A stretch of DNA of 64,000 nt from Candidatus Nomurabacteria bacterium (GTDB lineage Bacteria > Patescibacteriota > Minisyncoccia > Phycocordibacterales > CAIJYI01). Shown piece by piece: positions 47,338-60,389 of the stretch (positions are counted from its first letter, which is position 1; every line of letters begins with the position of its first letter). Made by a program: the position numbers and the translations under genes. The stretch lies in NCBI GenBank assembly GCA_943356445.1, contig CALREZ010000003.1:6125-70124 (forward strand), in the 5' to 3' direction. The notes under the pieces are model-generated. The model saw only the letters and a program-made list of their open reading frames with translations. It did not search any database and was not told the origin of the DNA.

Positions 47338-47386
47338 ACGCAAAAAAGCCGGCATTTCTGCCGGCTTTTTCTCTTTGAGTTTTTTG

Positions 47387-47495
47387 TTCTGGCGGCTACC
47401 TACTCTTCCCCCGAAGGAGTACCATCGGTACTACGGCGCTTAACTGCTGAGTTCGAAATGAGATCAGGTGTGACCACCGCGTCAAGCCACCAAAA
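47387..47495 (-). rRNA. rrf: 5S ribosomal RNA
   Basis: Reverse complement TTTTGGTGGCTTGACGCGGTGGTCACACCTGATCTCATTTCGAACTCAGCAGTTAAGCGCCGTAGTACCGATGGTACTCC...GGGAAGAGTAGGTAGCCGCCAGAA, with helix I termini pairing. Confidence 0.85.
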
Positions 47496-47749
47496 CAAAA
47501 AACTCAAAGAGTTTTTCGGAGAAAAAAGTTAAAAGCAGAAAGTTGAAAGTGACGAAATCGTCGGACTTTTTACTTTTACCTTTTTTCTTTTTATTTATAT
47601 TATTTACAGAATCGTTTCGCAAGCATTTTAATCAAAAGACGTAAGTAGAAAGTTAAAAATAAAAAGATAAAAGTAATGCCGTCGCCGGACTTTTTACTTT
47701 TAACTTTCTACTTTTTTCTTCATGTGTGATTTTCAACTTTCCTAATAGG

Positions 47750-51145
<3,396 letters not shown>

Positions 51146-51726
51146 GGAAAGTTAAAAACCACGAAATCGTTTTTCCACCGCTGGACCAAACGACTTCTAC
51201 TTTTATACTTACTTTTTTTGATTTACCTGCTCCGTCTGCCGTCTCTTATAAGAACGGCGACGGGCTTGCTTGTCCCCCATAGCTCTTTGAAAAAGAGCGA
51301 CGGGGGACGCTGTCTGCGACCCGAAAAGACCCGACCGAGAAACTTGCGTCTCCCGGCTATTGTCTAAAAGTCGCGACAGGATTCTGTTGTCAAATTGCTT
51401 ATCAGTCTCAGTCAACTTTCTAAAAAGTCGCCCCAAGGCGACCATGACGACAATGAATGTCATCCAAGTCACCTATGAAAAATCAACTTTCTTTTCCATA
51501 CAACGTGCTACCCATTATATACAAAACAAATTCCATGTCAACCATTCTTTCCACGGCTCTATTACAGGGTAATTTGGGGGTTCAAAAAACGGGTGGAGAA
51601 AAGAGCGGGAATGATTTTGAAAGAAAAAATAATTTTTTCGGACATTCCCCTCATGCTTTCCAACGGACTGTTATACGCCGCTTATGATCAGCCAAAAAAT
51701 CAAAAAGCGGAGACCGACATCTTCGC

Positions 51727-51755
51727 GAGCTTGCTTTCTTTCTCAAAACTGATAT
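51727..51755 (+). promoter_or_regulatory. Sigma-70-like promoter (TTGCTT-N16-TATAAT) for secG
   Basis: The -35/-10 hexamers sit about 10 nt upstream of the ATG at 51766. Confidence 0.4.
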
Positions 51756-51765
51756 AATCGGAGTA

Positions 51766-51999
51766 ATGAATTTCATCGCAAACATTTTACCGTGGGCTCA
51801 GATCGTACTGTCTGTCCTTATGACCGGTCTTATCCTCCTTCAAAGGAGCGACGCCAGCCTTGGCAGCGCTTTTGGCGGATCTGACAGCGCTTCCATGTAT
51901 ACGAGACGCGGAGCGGAAAAGATTCTCTTCAACATCACTATTGCCGTAGCGGTACTCTTTACCCTGTCTGCCCTTCTCGCTCTTGCCGTTTCCTCATAA
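51766..51999 (+). CDS. secG: Preprotein translocase subunit SecG
   Basis: 77 aa, two TM helices, and the LLQ...G.G.AFGG signature (ILLQRSDASLGSAFGGSDS). Confidence 0.7.
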   Translation: MNFIANILPWAQIVLSVLMTGLILLQRSDASLGSAFGGSDSASMYTRRGAEKILFNITIAVAVLFTLSALLALAVSS

Positions 52000-52175
52000 T
52001 ATCTCAAATTCGTAAAAGTATTCATACTTTCCATTCGTTCATCAATATATTGAACATTTTTTTGTTCACGTTTTTATCAATCCAATCTATAACCTGAGAA
52101 CCTGCCCATTTGGACGAGGCGACATGAAAGCCCTGAGCCTTCAATCTATCTCTCTTTCGTTGAATCCATAGCGTT

Positions 52176-53999
52176 ATGGAGTCACGCCCGAAAAGCACGT
52201 TCTTTTCATTTTTTGTGGAAGAAACCAACGACATCGTACAAAAGATCCGAGCGAGAAGATCGCAGTTTTATTCGCTGAGAGAAAAACTATCGCTCGTTAT
52301 CCATTCCTTTTCGCGAAAAGAAAAAATGCTTTTCGGTTCTTTCTTGGTTGTCGCGGCCATAAGCGCCATAGCCATCTTTTCTCTCGTGAGCCAATCATAC
52401 ATGGTAACTGAACCGGCATATGGCGGTTCTTTCTCTGAGGGTATCGTCGGGACGCCGAGGTTTATCAATCCGGTGCTCGCCCTCTCTGATTCCAGTTCGG
52501 AAAAAGATCTGGTGGAACTCATTTATTCGGGACTGCTTCGCGCGGGAGCGAACGGAGAGCTCAAACCGGATCTCGCGGAAAAATATGTCATTTCCGAAGA
52601 TAATCTTGAATATACGTTTACACTCAAGAAAAATCTTGAATGGAGCGACGGCAAACCGATTACCGCGGACGATGTCGTCTTTACCATACAAACGATACAG
52701 AATCCGGCAATCCGCAGTCCGAAGAAAAGTTCTTGGGACGGAGTGACGGTAGAAAAAATTGATACCGACACAATAAAGTTCGCGCTGAAACGCCCTTACG
52801 CGCCTTTTCTTGAAAATCTCACTATCGGAATTCTCCCGAAACACCTCTGGGGAGATCTCGCTCCGGAACAATTCGTGTACAGTTCCTACAATAACAACCC
52901 GATCGGTTCCGGGCCTTTTAAAATTAAAACGATAACGCAAAACAATTCGGGAATTCCCGAAAGCTATACGCTTGAACCTTTTGAAAAATTCGCTTTGGGC
53001 AAACCGCATCTCGGGAATATCACCCTCCGTTTCTATCCGAATTACGAAGCGCTGATTGCGGGATACAAATCGGGAGAAGTTTCTTCCCTTGCCGCGCCTT
53101 CGCCGGAGAATGTCATGAATTTGAAAAATTCGGGGAACTATATAAAAGCGACGCCTCTTCCGAGAATTTTTTCCGTCTTTCTCAACCAAAACCAGCAGCA
53201 GCTTTTCGTGGACAAAACCGTCCGCAAGGCGCTGGATACCGCGGTTGATAAAGACAAAATTATCAGCGACGTACTTTTGGGATATGCGACAAAAATAGAC
53301 GGGCCGCTTCCTCCGGGGGTGGTCGGGTCATTGGAAGACGACAGCGCCAGCACGGCAAGCGCCGATGAACGGATTGGATCGGCAAAAAATATCCTCCTGA
53401 AAGACGGTTGGAAATTGAATGCCAAAACCGGCGTTATGGAAAAAGCGGTGAAGAAAAAACCCACGCAGACTCTGCAATTTTCTCTCGCCATTTCTCAAGA
53501 TGAAGAACTCAAGAAAATCGCCGAAATGATGAAGAAAGACTGGGAAAAGATCGGAGCGAAAGTGGAGATTAAAATATATGAAGAAGGAGATCTGATTCAG
53601 ACGGTTATCCGCCCGAGAAGTTACGACGCTTTGCTCTACGGCGAAATCGTCGGACGGGATCCCGATCCGTATTCCTACTGGCATTCTTCGCAGCGTTTCA
53701 ATCCCGGGCTCAACATCGCGCTGTATGCGAACGTAACCACCGACAAGCTCCTGGAAAAAGCGCGGGAAGAATCCGACCGAGATAAACGCTCCGACCTCTA
53801 TCAAAAATTCCAAAAAGAAGTCATGCGCGACGACCCCGCGATATTCCTTTACAGTCCGAATTTCATTTATCTCCTGCCGAACAATATCCAGGGAGTAAAT
53901 CTTTCCGGAATGGCCGTCCTTTCAGATCGCTTCGTCAACGCCAACCAATGGTACGCTCGCACTCAAAAAGTTTGGAAGATATTTGCGGGGACAAAATAA
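52176..53999 (+). CDS. ABC transporter substrate-binding protein, family 5 (oligopeptide/nickel type); orphan, with no permease genes nearby
   Basis: An N-terminal TM/signal and SBP_bac_5-like blocks across about 550 aa; start uncertain. Confidence 0.7.
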   Translation: MESRPKSTFFSFFVEETNDIVQKIRARRSQFYSLREKLSLVIHSFSRKEKMLFGSFLVVAAISAIAIFSLVSQSYMVTEPAYGGSFSEGIVGTPRFINPVLALSDSSSEKDLVELIYSGLLRAGANGELKPDLAEKYVISEDNLEYTFTLKKNLEWSDGKPITADDVVFTIQTIQNPAIRSPKKSSWDGVTVEKIDTDTIKFALKRPYAPFLENLTIGILPKHLWGDLAPEQFVYSSYNNNPIGSGPFKIKTITQNNSGIPESYTLEPFEKFALGKPHLGNITLRFYPNYEALIAGYKSGEVSSLAAPSPENVMNLKNSGNYIKATPLPRIFSVFLNQNQQQLFVDKTVRKALDTAVDKDKIISDVLLGYATKIDGPLPPGVVGSLEDDSASTASADERIGSAKNILLKDGWKLNAKTGVMEKAVKKKPTQTLQFSLAISQDEELKKIAEMMKKDWEKIGAKVEIKIYEEGDLIQTVIRPRSYDALLYGEIVGRDPDPYSYWHSSQRFNPGLNIALYANVTTDKLLEKAREESDRDKRSDLYQKFQKEVMRDDPAIFLYSPNFIYLLPNNIQGVNLSGMAVLSDRFVNANQWYARTQKVWKIFAGTK

Positions 54000-54250
54000 A
54001 CTCAACTACAAAAAACTATTACTTAACAAATCATGAAAGAGGTGTTCCAAAGCACCAAATAAAAAAATCACAAGTTCCAACAAATCACAAAATAAAAAAA
54101 TAATAAAATATATTTAAGATTTTTATTTTTGAAAATTAAAATTTATTTGGAGCTTGAGGTTTTGAATTTGAGATTTTGATTCACCAAAAAGCATGAGCTA
54201 ATTCAAGAGAAAGAAAAGATTTATTATCTTTCCTTTGCAAAATATAATAT

Positions 54251-56329
54251 ATGCAGGAAGAACAGAACAAGAAGAATCCGCCGTCGGGAACGAATCCGTT
54301 TCAACGGCCGGTACGGCAGGGTCCTCCGCGAAAATTGCCGCCGATGAAAAGACGGCCGAAGACTTCGGTGGGAGAACCGATGCGGCACGAACAGATGCGC
54401 CGCCCGGATTTTCCGCAGGCAAACACGCCAACGAATGCGCCGCAGCAAAAACCGCAGGCTCGCAGAAACCAAAAAATGTTCCGGCAGGGAGCGCAAAATT
54501 CGTCCGGAAATAAAACGGCGCCGGCAGACGGCGGGCATTTTTCAAAACCGAAAAGCCGGATGAACCCGGGAAAAGGATTGCGCAATCCCGGCAAACGCCC
54601 CGCGCCGAAAGAATCATCCGCGCCCTCGCCGAGAATGGGAACCCGCATTCCCGAAGTAAAAGAAGATACGATCCGCATCATTCCCTTGGGCGGAGTGGAA
54701 GAAATCGGAAAAAATCTCACCGTTTTTGAAACCAAAGACGATATTTTCGTCGTTGATATGGGACTGCAGTTCCACGACGAAGAAACGCCGGGGGTTGATT
54801 TCATTCTTCCGAACACCCGTTATCTTGAAGAAAGAAAAGACAAAATTCGCGGAGTCTTCATTACGCACGGACACTTGGATCATATCGGAGCAATTCCCTT
54901 TATCATGCCGAAGATCGGCAATCCGCCTTTGTACGCCCGAAACCTGACCGCCGTTCTCATTCAAAAAAGACAGCTGGAATTCCCGAACTTCCCTGCGCTG
55001 GATATTCGCATCGTTGAAAAGAATGACCGAATAAAAGTCGGGCAATCGCATATTGAATTCTTCGCCGTCAGCCACTCCATTCCCGATGCGATGGGAGTTA
55101 TCTTCAATACGAACCACGGCGATGTCGTCTTCACCGGAGACCTTCGCGTGGATAACGATGCCGGCGTACCGACCGAAGCCGAAGTGGAAGTATTCTCGCG
55201 ATTCAAAGACCGCCGCCCGCTGCTTCTCCTTTCCGATTCCACCAATGCCGACTCTCCGGGTTTTTCCCTTTCCGAAAAAGTCGTTCTCAAAAACATAGAA
55301 GAGATCATCCGCGAAACCCGAGGACGTCTCATTATCGGAACATTTTCCTCGCAGCTGGAACGCATCATTAAGATCATCAAAGTCTGCGAAGCCTTCGGCA
55401 AAAAAATCGTCATTGAAGGACGAAGCATGAAGGTGAATATAGAAGTCGCGAAAGAAGTCGGGTTGCTTCAAATAAACAAAGACACGATTATCGGCTCAGA
55501 CCAGATGGAACAATATCCGGCGAATAAGATCGTCGCCATCGTGACCGGTTCGCAGGGCGAAGAATTCGCCGCGCTCATGCGCATGTCCAATAAAACCCAC
55601 AAGCATTTCAAGATCACCAAAAGCGATACCGTGCTGCTTTCCTCTTCCATCATTCCGGGCAACGAAATGGGCGTACAAAAAATCAAAGACAACCTTTCCC
55701 GCCAAGGCGCAAGGATCATTCACTCCAAAATGTCGGATGTCCACGCTTCCGGCCACGCGAACGGCGACGAAATCGGCTGGTTGCATCGCCAAATCGGAGA
55801 AAAATTCTTTATTCCGATTCACGGATTCCACTACAAACTCCGCTCCAACGGCGACATCGCCATCGCGGCGGGAGTTCAGGAACAGAACGTCGTCATTCCC
55901 GACAACGGAATGATTATAGAAATAGAACGCGGAGAAAAAATTCACGCCATCAAAGAGAAAGCGGTTTCCGGACTCGTGCTCGTTGACGGATTTTCCATCG
56001 GCGACATGCAGGAAGTCGTCATGCGCGACCGCCAGATGCTCGCCCAAGACGGCATGTTCATCATCGTCGCCGTCGTAGACATCGCCACCAAAAAACTCCG
56101 AAAATCCCCCGACATCCTCTCCCGAGGTTTCGTCTATCTCAGAGAATCCCAAGACCTCCTCCGCCAATCCCGATACATCATCAAAAAAACAATAGAGGAT
56201 TCCATAGAATCCATGAACCCTATCAACTTTGATTTCGTAAAAGCCACGGTCACAGACAGCACAGCAAGGTTCCTCTTCCAACAGACTGCCAAGAGACCGA
56301 TAATTCTCCCAGTAATTCTGGGGGTGTAG
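54251..56329 (+). CDS. rnj: Ribonuclease J (metallo-beta-lactamase/beta-CASP) with a roughly 140-aa basic, low-complexity N-terminal extension
   Basis: IIPLGGVEEIGKNLTVFE, HGHLDHIG, beta-CASP motifs and an RNase J C-terminal domain. The N-terminal 140 aa are Q/P/R/K-rich. Confidence 0.85.
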   Translation: MQEEQNKKNPPSGTNPFQRPVRQGPPRKLPPMKRRPKTSVGEPMRHEQMRRPDFPQANTPTNAPQQKPQARRNQKMFRQGAQNSSGNKTAPADGGHFSKPKSRMNPGKGLRNPGKRPAPKESSAPSPRMGTRIPEVKEDTIRIIPLGGVEEIGKNLTVFETKDDIFVVDMGLQFHDEETPGVDFILPNTRYLEERKDKIRGVFITHGHLDHIGAIPFIMPKIGNPPLYARNLTAVLIQKRQLEFPNFPALDIRIVEKNDRIKVGQSHIEFFAVSHSIPDAMGVIFNTNHGDVVFTGDLRVDNDAGVPTEAEVEVFSRFKDRRPLLLLSDSTNADSPGFSLSEKVVLKNIEEIIRETRGRLIIGTFSSQLERIIKIIKVCEAFGKKIVIEGRSMKVNIEVAKEVGLLQINKDTIIGSDQMEQYPANKIVAIVTGSQGEEFAALMRMSNKTHKHFKITKSDTVLLSSSIIPGNEMGVQKIKDNLSRQGARIIHSKMSDVHASGHANGDEIGWLHRQIGEKFFIPIHGFHYKLRSNGDIAIAAGVQEQNVVIPDNGMIIEIERGEKIHAIKEKAVSGLVLVDGFSIGDMQEVVMRDRQMLAQDGMFIIVAVVDIATKKLRKSPDILSRGFVYLRESQDLLRQSRYIIKKTIEDSIESMNPINFDFVKATVTDSTARFLFQQTAKRPIILPVILGV

Positions 56330-56345
56330 AAACAATTAGACAATC

Positions 56346-56375
56346 AAATAAAAAAACCGGCAACGCCGGTTTTTT
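56346..56375 (+). terminator. Rho-independent terminator (AAAAACCGGCAACGCCGGTTTTTTT)
   Basis: Hairpin plus T-run after the rnj stop. Confidence 0.6.
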
Positions 56376-56385
56376 TATTTCATCG

Positions 56386-56649
56386 TTAGTTTATTACCTC
56401 TATATTATCGGGATCAACCGCTTTTATATTTAAAATATCTTCAGTTTTTATATCCCGATAATCATTAAGGACTTTATTTTCAGAACTAAACATAACCCGA
56501 ATCAAATCATCACTTTCTTCAAGAAGCACACCAAAGCATTTATAGATGTGGCAATTTTCTGTCTTTTCAGCACTCAAGACAAAAGAAACTTCTACAAAAA
56601 GATTGTGTGGTTCATTTCCAGAATAAAATTTTGGTATCAATTGGTTCAT
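56386..56649 (-). CDS. Hypothetical small protein (AT-rich island)
   Basis: ORF only; 4-nt gap to the upstream ORF. Confidence 0.4.
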   Translation of the reverse strand: MNQLIPKFYSGNEPHNLFVEVSFVLSAEKTENCHIYKCFGVLLEESDDLIRVMFSSENKVLNDYRDIKTEDILNIKAVDPDNIEVIN

Positions 56650-56652
56650 AAA

Positions 56653-57153
56653 TTATTTTACTTCCTTTACCTCCAAAACAACTGATTTCGGAATAATCCA
56701 ATATTTTTCATCACTATTATGATGCCTCCTTTCAGGAAGGGGTTGCATGCGAGTCGTTTTAGAGTTTTTTAAAACAAGACGATCTTCTTCGTTCTTTTCT
56801 AAAATACCTTCCGTTATCATAATTGAAGGATTAGGAAGTTTTGTGTTATCAACAAAAACAACATCGCTCCATTTTATGGATATTTTTGAAAAAGCCCGCA
56901 GTCCATCAAAAAGATTATGATCAAATTTTTTACTCTCGGAGACTAAATTAGTTTTCGGTATAATGAGTCCCTGAACAAGATTACCGGGATTATCAACTTC
57001 TGAAGATACTCCTTTTATAAACCGTACGACAACCATCTGGTCGCGCTTTTCAGCCCACCCAAAGGCACGATGGACCGGCAATTCAGTATCCTGAATCTGT
57101 TCATCATTATAAGAGTAGGCATCAACGAATCTTACGACGCTAAGTTTTTCCAT
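56653..57153 (-). CDS. Hypothetical protein (AT-rich island)
   Basis: ORF only. Confidence 0.45.
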   Translation of the reverse strand: MEKLSVVRFVDAYSYNDEQIQDTELPVHRAFGWAEKRDQMVVVRFIKGVSSEVDNPGNLVQGLIIPKTNLVSESKKFDHNLFDGLRAFSKISIKWSDVVFVDNTKLPNPSIMITEGILEKNEEDRLVLKNSKTTRMQPLPERRHHNSDEKYWIIPKSVVLEVKEVK

Positions 57154-57603
57154 ATAGGTATATGTTATATTAAATTAAAAACACAGGCAAACGATTTTCA
57201 TTTGTCTGTGTTGGCGTTGAAGCGCGTTGTTATCCGTTACCGCCAAAAAAACGCGAGATGTTTGCGAGAACGCCGTTGTCGTCACTCCATCTTTTTTCAA
57301 GAGCCTCGCGATCTTTTATGAGAGGTTTCCCGTTCGTTTCAGGGTCTCCGCGAGTGAAATTTGTTTCGGAATCTTTTTCAGCATGGTCACGAGCCATGTG
57401 TTTTGCCGCAGATGTCCTGCTTGTCGTTTCGCCAGTTTCTTCAGCATCTTCTTCTATGTCTCTTCTGCTCACTTGTCTTCTCCTTAAAAAAGAACAATCA
57501 TTGTCATAAATTGACAACTTTTCAAATCTAGCACACAACCAAAATTGTGTCAAAAAACAGAACAAAGGCGAACATTGCAAAAAGGAACCAACAAAAGAAA
57601 CAA

Positions 57604-57672
57604 AATCGGGTCAATTCCCCCTATTTGACCCGATTGGGTTTAGAAAAACCGGCTATTTTTAGCCGGTTTTTT
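57604..57672. repeat. Left 70-bp direct repeat bounding the R-M cassette; consists of two hairpins (AATCGGGTCAA...TTGACCCGATT and AACCGGCTA-TTTT-TAGCCGGTT followed by a T-run)
   Basis: About 88 percent identical to 61092-61161 by eye, with the same two-hairpin architecture. Confidence 0.7.
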
Positions 57673-57681
57673 GTGTTTATA

Positions 57682-58032
57682 TTACTTCTTTTTTGAAACA
57701 GCTTCCTTACTACTCGCGTTATCTTTTTGGATCACAGTTATATGTTTCCCATTTTTTAAAAATGGAAATGAGTATTTCTCTTTTTTAGATTCGTCTGTCA
57801 TCGTTAAAATCGACGCATCAATAACTGATACAATATCTAAAGACTTTTGCTGAATAGATTCACTTGTGCTTATAGCCGTCAACCGCAACGACATCTCTTT
57901 TAACGCGCCAAGGTTGTATTCTAACCATTTTTCTTTTGAGCGCTTATCTATCCATTGAAAGACAACGACAAGAGAAAGAATGATATTAAATGTTTCAGAA
58001 TATGTAGTGAAAAATGTAGTAATTTTTTCCAT
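57682..58032 (-). CDS. Hypothetical protein inside the cassette
   Basis: ORF only; one N-terminal hydrophobic helix. Confidence 0.4.
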   Translation of the reverse strand: MEKITTFFTTYSETFNIILSLVVVFQWIDKRSKEKWLEYNLGALKEMSLRLTAISTSESIQQKSLDIVSVIDASILTMTDESKKEKYSFPFLKNGKHITVIQKDNASSKEAVSKKK

Positions 58033-58080
58033 AATTTCATTTTATAAATTAAAGTATTCTCCTTCTTATTGGTTCGTTTG

Positions 58081-58782
58081 TTACGGCTTTTTTTCTTCAT
58101 CCGGCATGTCCTGTAACAACTTTTCAGTTAATTTATCTGCTTCTATCCATCTTATCGTAAGTTCTATTAAATCTTTAAGGTCTTTTACATCTTTATTAAC
58201 CCACTTTCGTTCATAGTGTGTCTCATCATTCCCAAGCCAAGCAGCACGTTTAGTAACAATTTTTAATTGTTGCTGATCAACTCTCTTTTCTATAGTATTT
58301 CCTAAAAATTCCTTTTTAATATCTTCTGCCTCGGCTATATTTTTAGAAATAAGATAATCTTTAATAAGAAATTCAAGAGCTTTACGGTAGCCAGGACCAC
58401 ACACCATGTCTAATTCATTTTGTTCTGCAAAATACGATTGATTGTAAATTTTCTCAAATTCAGAAGAAACTTGCTGGATGATTTCAGAAAATTGACGAGT
58501 GGTATTTTTAACTGGTAATGATTTCTTTAAATAAAAAAATTGTGGAGTTCCAGAATATAATCCTAAAAAAATATTCTGACATTTTTCACTCGGACACCTA
58601 AAAACAATCTGAAGGCCTGTTTCATCATATACACCCTCTTTATAAAATCCTTGACCTATATTTGGAGTGATTTGTTTATGGCAAACAGGACATAAATCAG
58701 GTCTTTTATCATATTTTGCCACCACGTTTGAACCATTTTGGTGTATTGCTTGTATATTAAACATGTTACTTTTAAATTCCAA
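58081..58782 (-). CDS. Zinc-ribbon protein with a DUF4145-like C-terminal region; candidate defence-associated protein
   Basis: CPVCHK...(22)...CPSEKC four-Cys ribbon. The C-terminal RAAWLGNDETHYERKW...LIELTIRWIE resembles the DUF4145 xGNxxxH block; this is from memory and uncertain. Confidence 0.45.
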   Translation of the reverse strand: MEFKSNMFNIQAIHQNGSNVVAKYDKRPDLCPVCHKQITPNIGQGFYKEGVYDETGLQIVFRCPSEKCQNIFLGLYSGTPQFFYLKKSLPVKNTTRQFSEIIQQVSSEFEKIYNQSYFAEQNELDMVCGPGYRKALEFLIKDYLISKNIAEAEDIKKEFLGNTIEKRVDQQQLKIVTKRAAWLGNDETHYERKWVNKDVKDLKDLIELTIRWIEADKLTEKLLQDMPDEEKKP

Positions 58783-58880
58783 TAACCTTTTTATTATAAA
58801 AACTTTTTTGTGGATAACTTTTTGATTTTCTATTTTTTTTCTATTATACTATTTCTATAAATACAAAGTCAACAAACACA

Positions 58881-60389
58881 ATGCTCACAAAACGACCGAA
58901 AGAAGTTCTTGATTTTATTAAAGAGTACTCAAAAAAGAAAGGGTATGCCCCCTCTTTGGAGGAAATCCAACGAAAGTTAAAACTTGCGTCAGTCTCTACT
59001 GCTCATTTTCACGTAACCAAACTTAAAGAAGGAGGCTATTTAGATAAAGTTGGAAATAAAGCTCGTGCAATTAGTCTTACCTCCAGTGAACGATTAGTAA
59101 AAATCCCCCTCTTAGGAATAATAGTTGCGGGCTTTCCGATAGAAACGATTTCCGAAAAGGAGACAATCGCTATTCCTCAAAGCAAAGTACCAAAACAAGG
59201 TTCTCTCTTTGCTCTAAAAGTGATGGGAAATAGCATGATAGAAGAAAATATAAATGACGGAGATATTGTTTTAATAAAACAACAATCCGTAGCGGAAAAT
59301 GGCGAAAAGGTTGTGGCTTTGGTAAATAATTACGAAACGACATTAAAAAAGTTTTACCAAGAAAAAAATTGCATTCGTTTAGAGCCGGCGAACAGAAAAA
59401 TGGATTCCATTATTATTTCCAAGAATACTCCGTTTGAAATTCAAGGCATTGTCACCGATATTATCAAAAGCGAAGAAAATACCGATTACAATACTTTCAT
59501 TTCAAGAAATCTTGTTTCAAGAGAAAAAAAGTTACCATTGAATAAAATTATTCTCAATGACGCGGTTGAAGAATTAAGAAAATTACCAAGCGAAAGCTGT
59601 GATGTTATAATCATTGATCCGCCTTACAACATAGGGAAAGATTTCGGGAATAATTTTGATAAAAGAGAAATGTCCGAATATGTAAAATGGTCAAAAAGCT
59701 GGATTGAAGAATCTATCAGGATTATGAAACCAACAGGAACATTATTCATTTATGGATTTAGTGAAATACTCGCACATCTTTCTGTTGAAATTTCTCTTAA
59801 TAAAAGATGGCTTATTTGGCATTACACCAATAAAAATGTCGCCTCTTTGCAGTTCTGGCAGAGAAGCCATGAATCAATAATTTGCGCTTGGAAAAATAGG
59901 CCTATTTTTAATCGTGACGAAGTGAGAGAACCTTACACGGAGGGTTTTTTAAATGGAGCTGCCGGCAAAGTAAGAAAGGGGACAATCGGCCGTTTTAGCA
60001 AAAATGGAAAAGAAACCGTTTATAATGCGCATGAAGGAGGTGCATTACCGAGAGATGTTATAAAAATACCAGCACTTGCCGGAGGTGCAGGAATGAACGA
60101 AAGATGGTTCATTTGCAAAACATGCAAAAACAATGTGTTTTCTCCAAGAGAGCTCAAACAGCATGCTGATCACGATGTAATGAAACACCCGACTCAAAAA
60201 CCAATTGAACTTTGTAGAAAGCTCATTAAATCCGCAATGCCAAAAAATGGCGGTGTCGTTCTCGTACCTTTCGTCGGAACCGGCTCTGAATGTCTCGCGG
60301 CAAAAGAACTTGGCAATGACTATATCGGTTTTGAAATCAATCCGGATTATATAAAGATCGCAGAGAAAACGATCTCATCATTAGATTAA
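58881..60389 (+). CDS. Fusion protein: a complete LexA-like repressor (winged HTH plus S24 autopeptidase) joined to a beta-class DPPY DNA methyltransferase (N6-adenine or N4-cytosine)
   Basis: Residues about 1-200: PSLEEIQRKLKLASVSTAHFHVTKL (HTH), IPLLGIIVAGFP (Ala-Gly cleavage site), LKVMGNSM (catalytic Ser) and TTLKKF (catalytic Lys). Together these align block-for-block with LexA. Residues about 215-502: IIIDPPYN (motif IV) precedes VPFVGTGSE (motif I), which is the beta-class order, plus HPTQKP. Confidence 0.8.
   Translation: MLTKRPKEVLDFIKEYSKKKGYAPSLEEIQRKLKLASVSTAHFHVTKLKEGGYLDKVGNKARAISLTSSERLVKIPLLGIIVAGFPIETISEKETIAIPQSKVPKQGSLFALKVMGNSMIEENINDGDIVLIKQQSVAENGEKVVALVNNYETTLKKFYQEKNCIRLEPANRKMDSIIISKNTPFEIQGIVTDIIKSEENTDYNTFISRNLVSREKKLPLNKIILNDAVEELRKLPSESCDVIIIDPPYNIGKDFGNNFDKREMSEYVKWSKSWIEESIRIMKPTGTLFIYGFSEILAHLSVEISLNKRWLIWHYTNKNVASLQFWQRSHESIICAWKNRPIFNRDEVREPYTEGFLNGAAGKVRKGTIGRFSKNGKETVYNAHEGGALPRDVIKIPALAGGAGMNERWFICKTCKNNVFSPRELKQHADHDVMKHPTQKPIELCRKLIKSAMPKNGGVVLVPFVGTGSECLAAKELGNDYIGFEINPDYIKIAEKTISSLD

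Noticed and set aside
52022-52234. 70-aa minus-strand ORF between secG and the SBP gene
   Set aside because: Overlaps the probable 5-prime region of the SBP gene. No support.
52395-53813. Minus-strand ORFs of 264, 117 and 161 aa inside the ABC substrate-binding protein gene
   Set aside because: Antisense to a well-supported long CDS.
54198-56335. Multiple antisense or alternative-frame ORFs (139, 104, 171, 285, 155, 279 aa) over rnj
   Set aside because: The RNase J frame is unambiguous. The N-terminal low-complexity Q/P/R region generates open alternative frames.
57227-57580. Three mutually overlapping ORFs (83 and 86 aa on plus, 116 aa on minus)
   Set aside because: The correct frame and strand cannot be decided. 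A short acidic minus-strand protein is possible, but confidence was too low to list as a feature.
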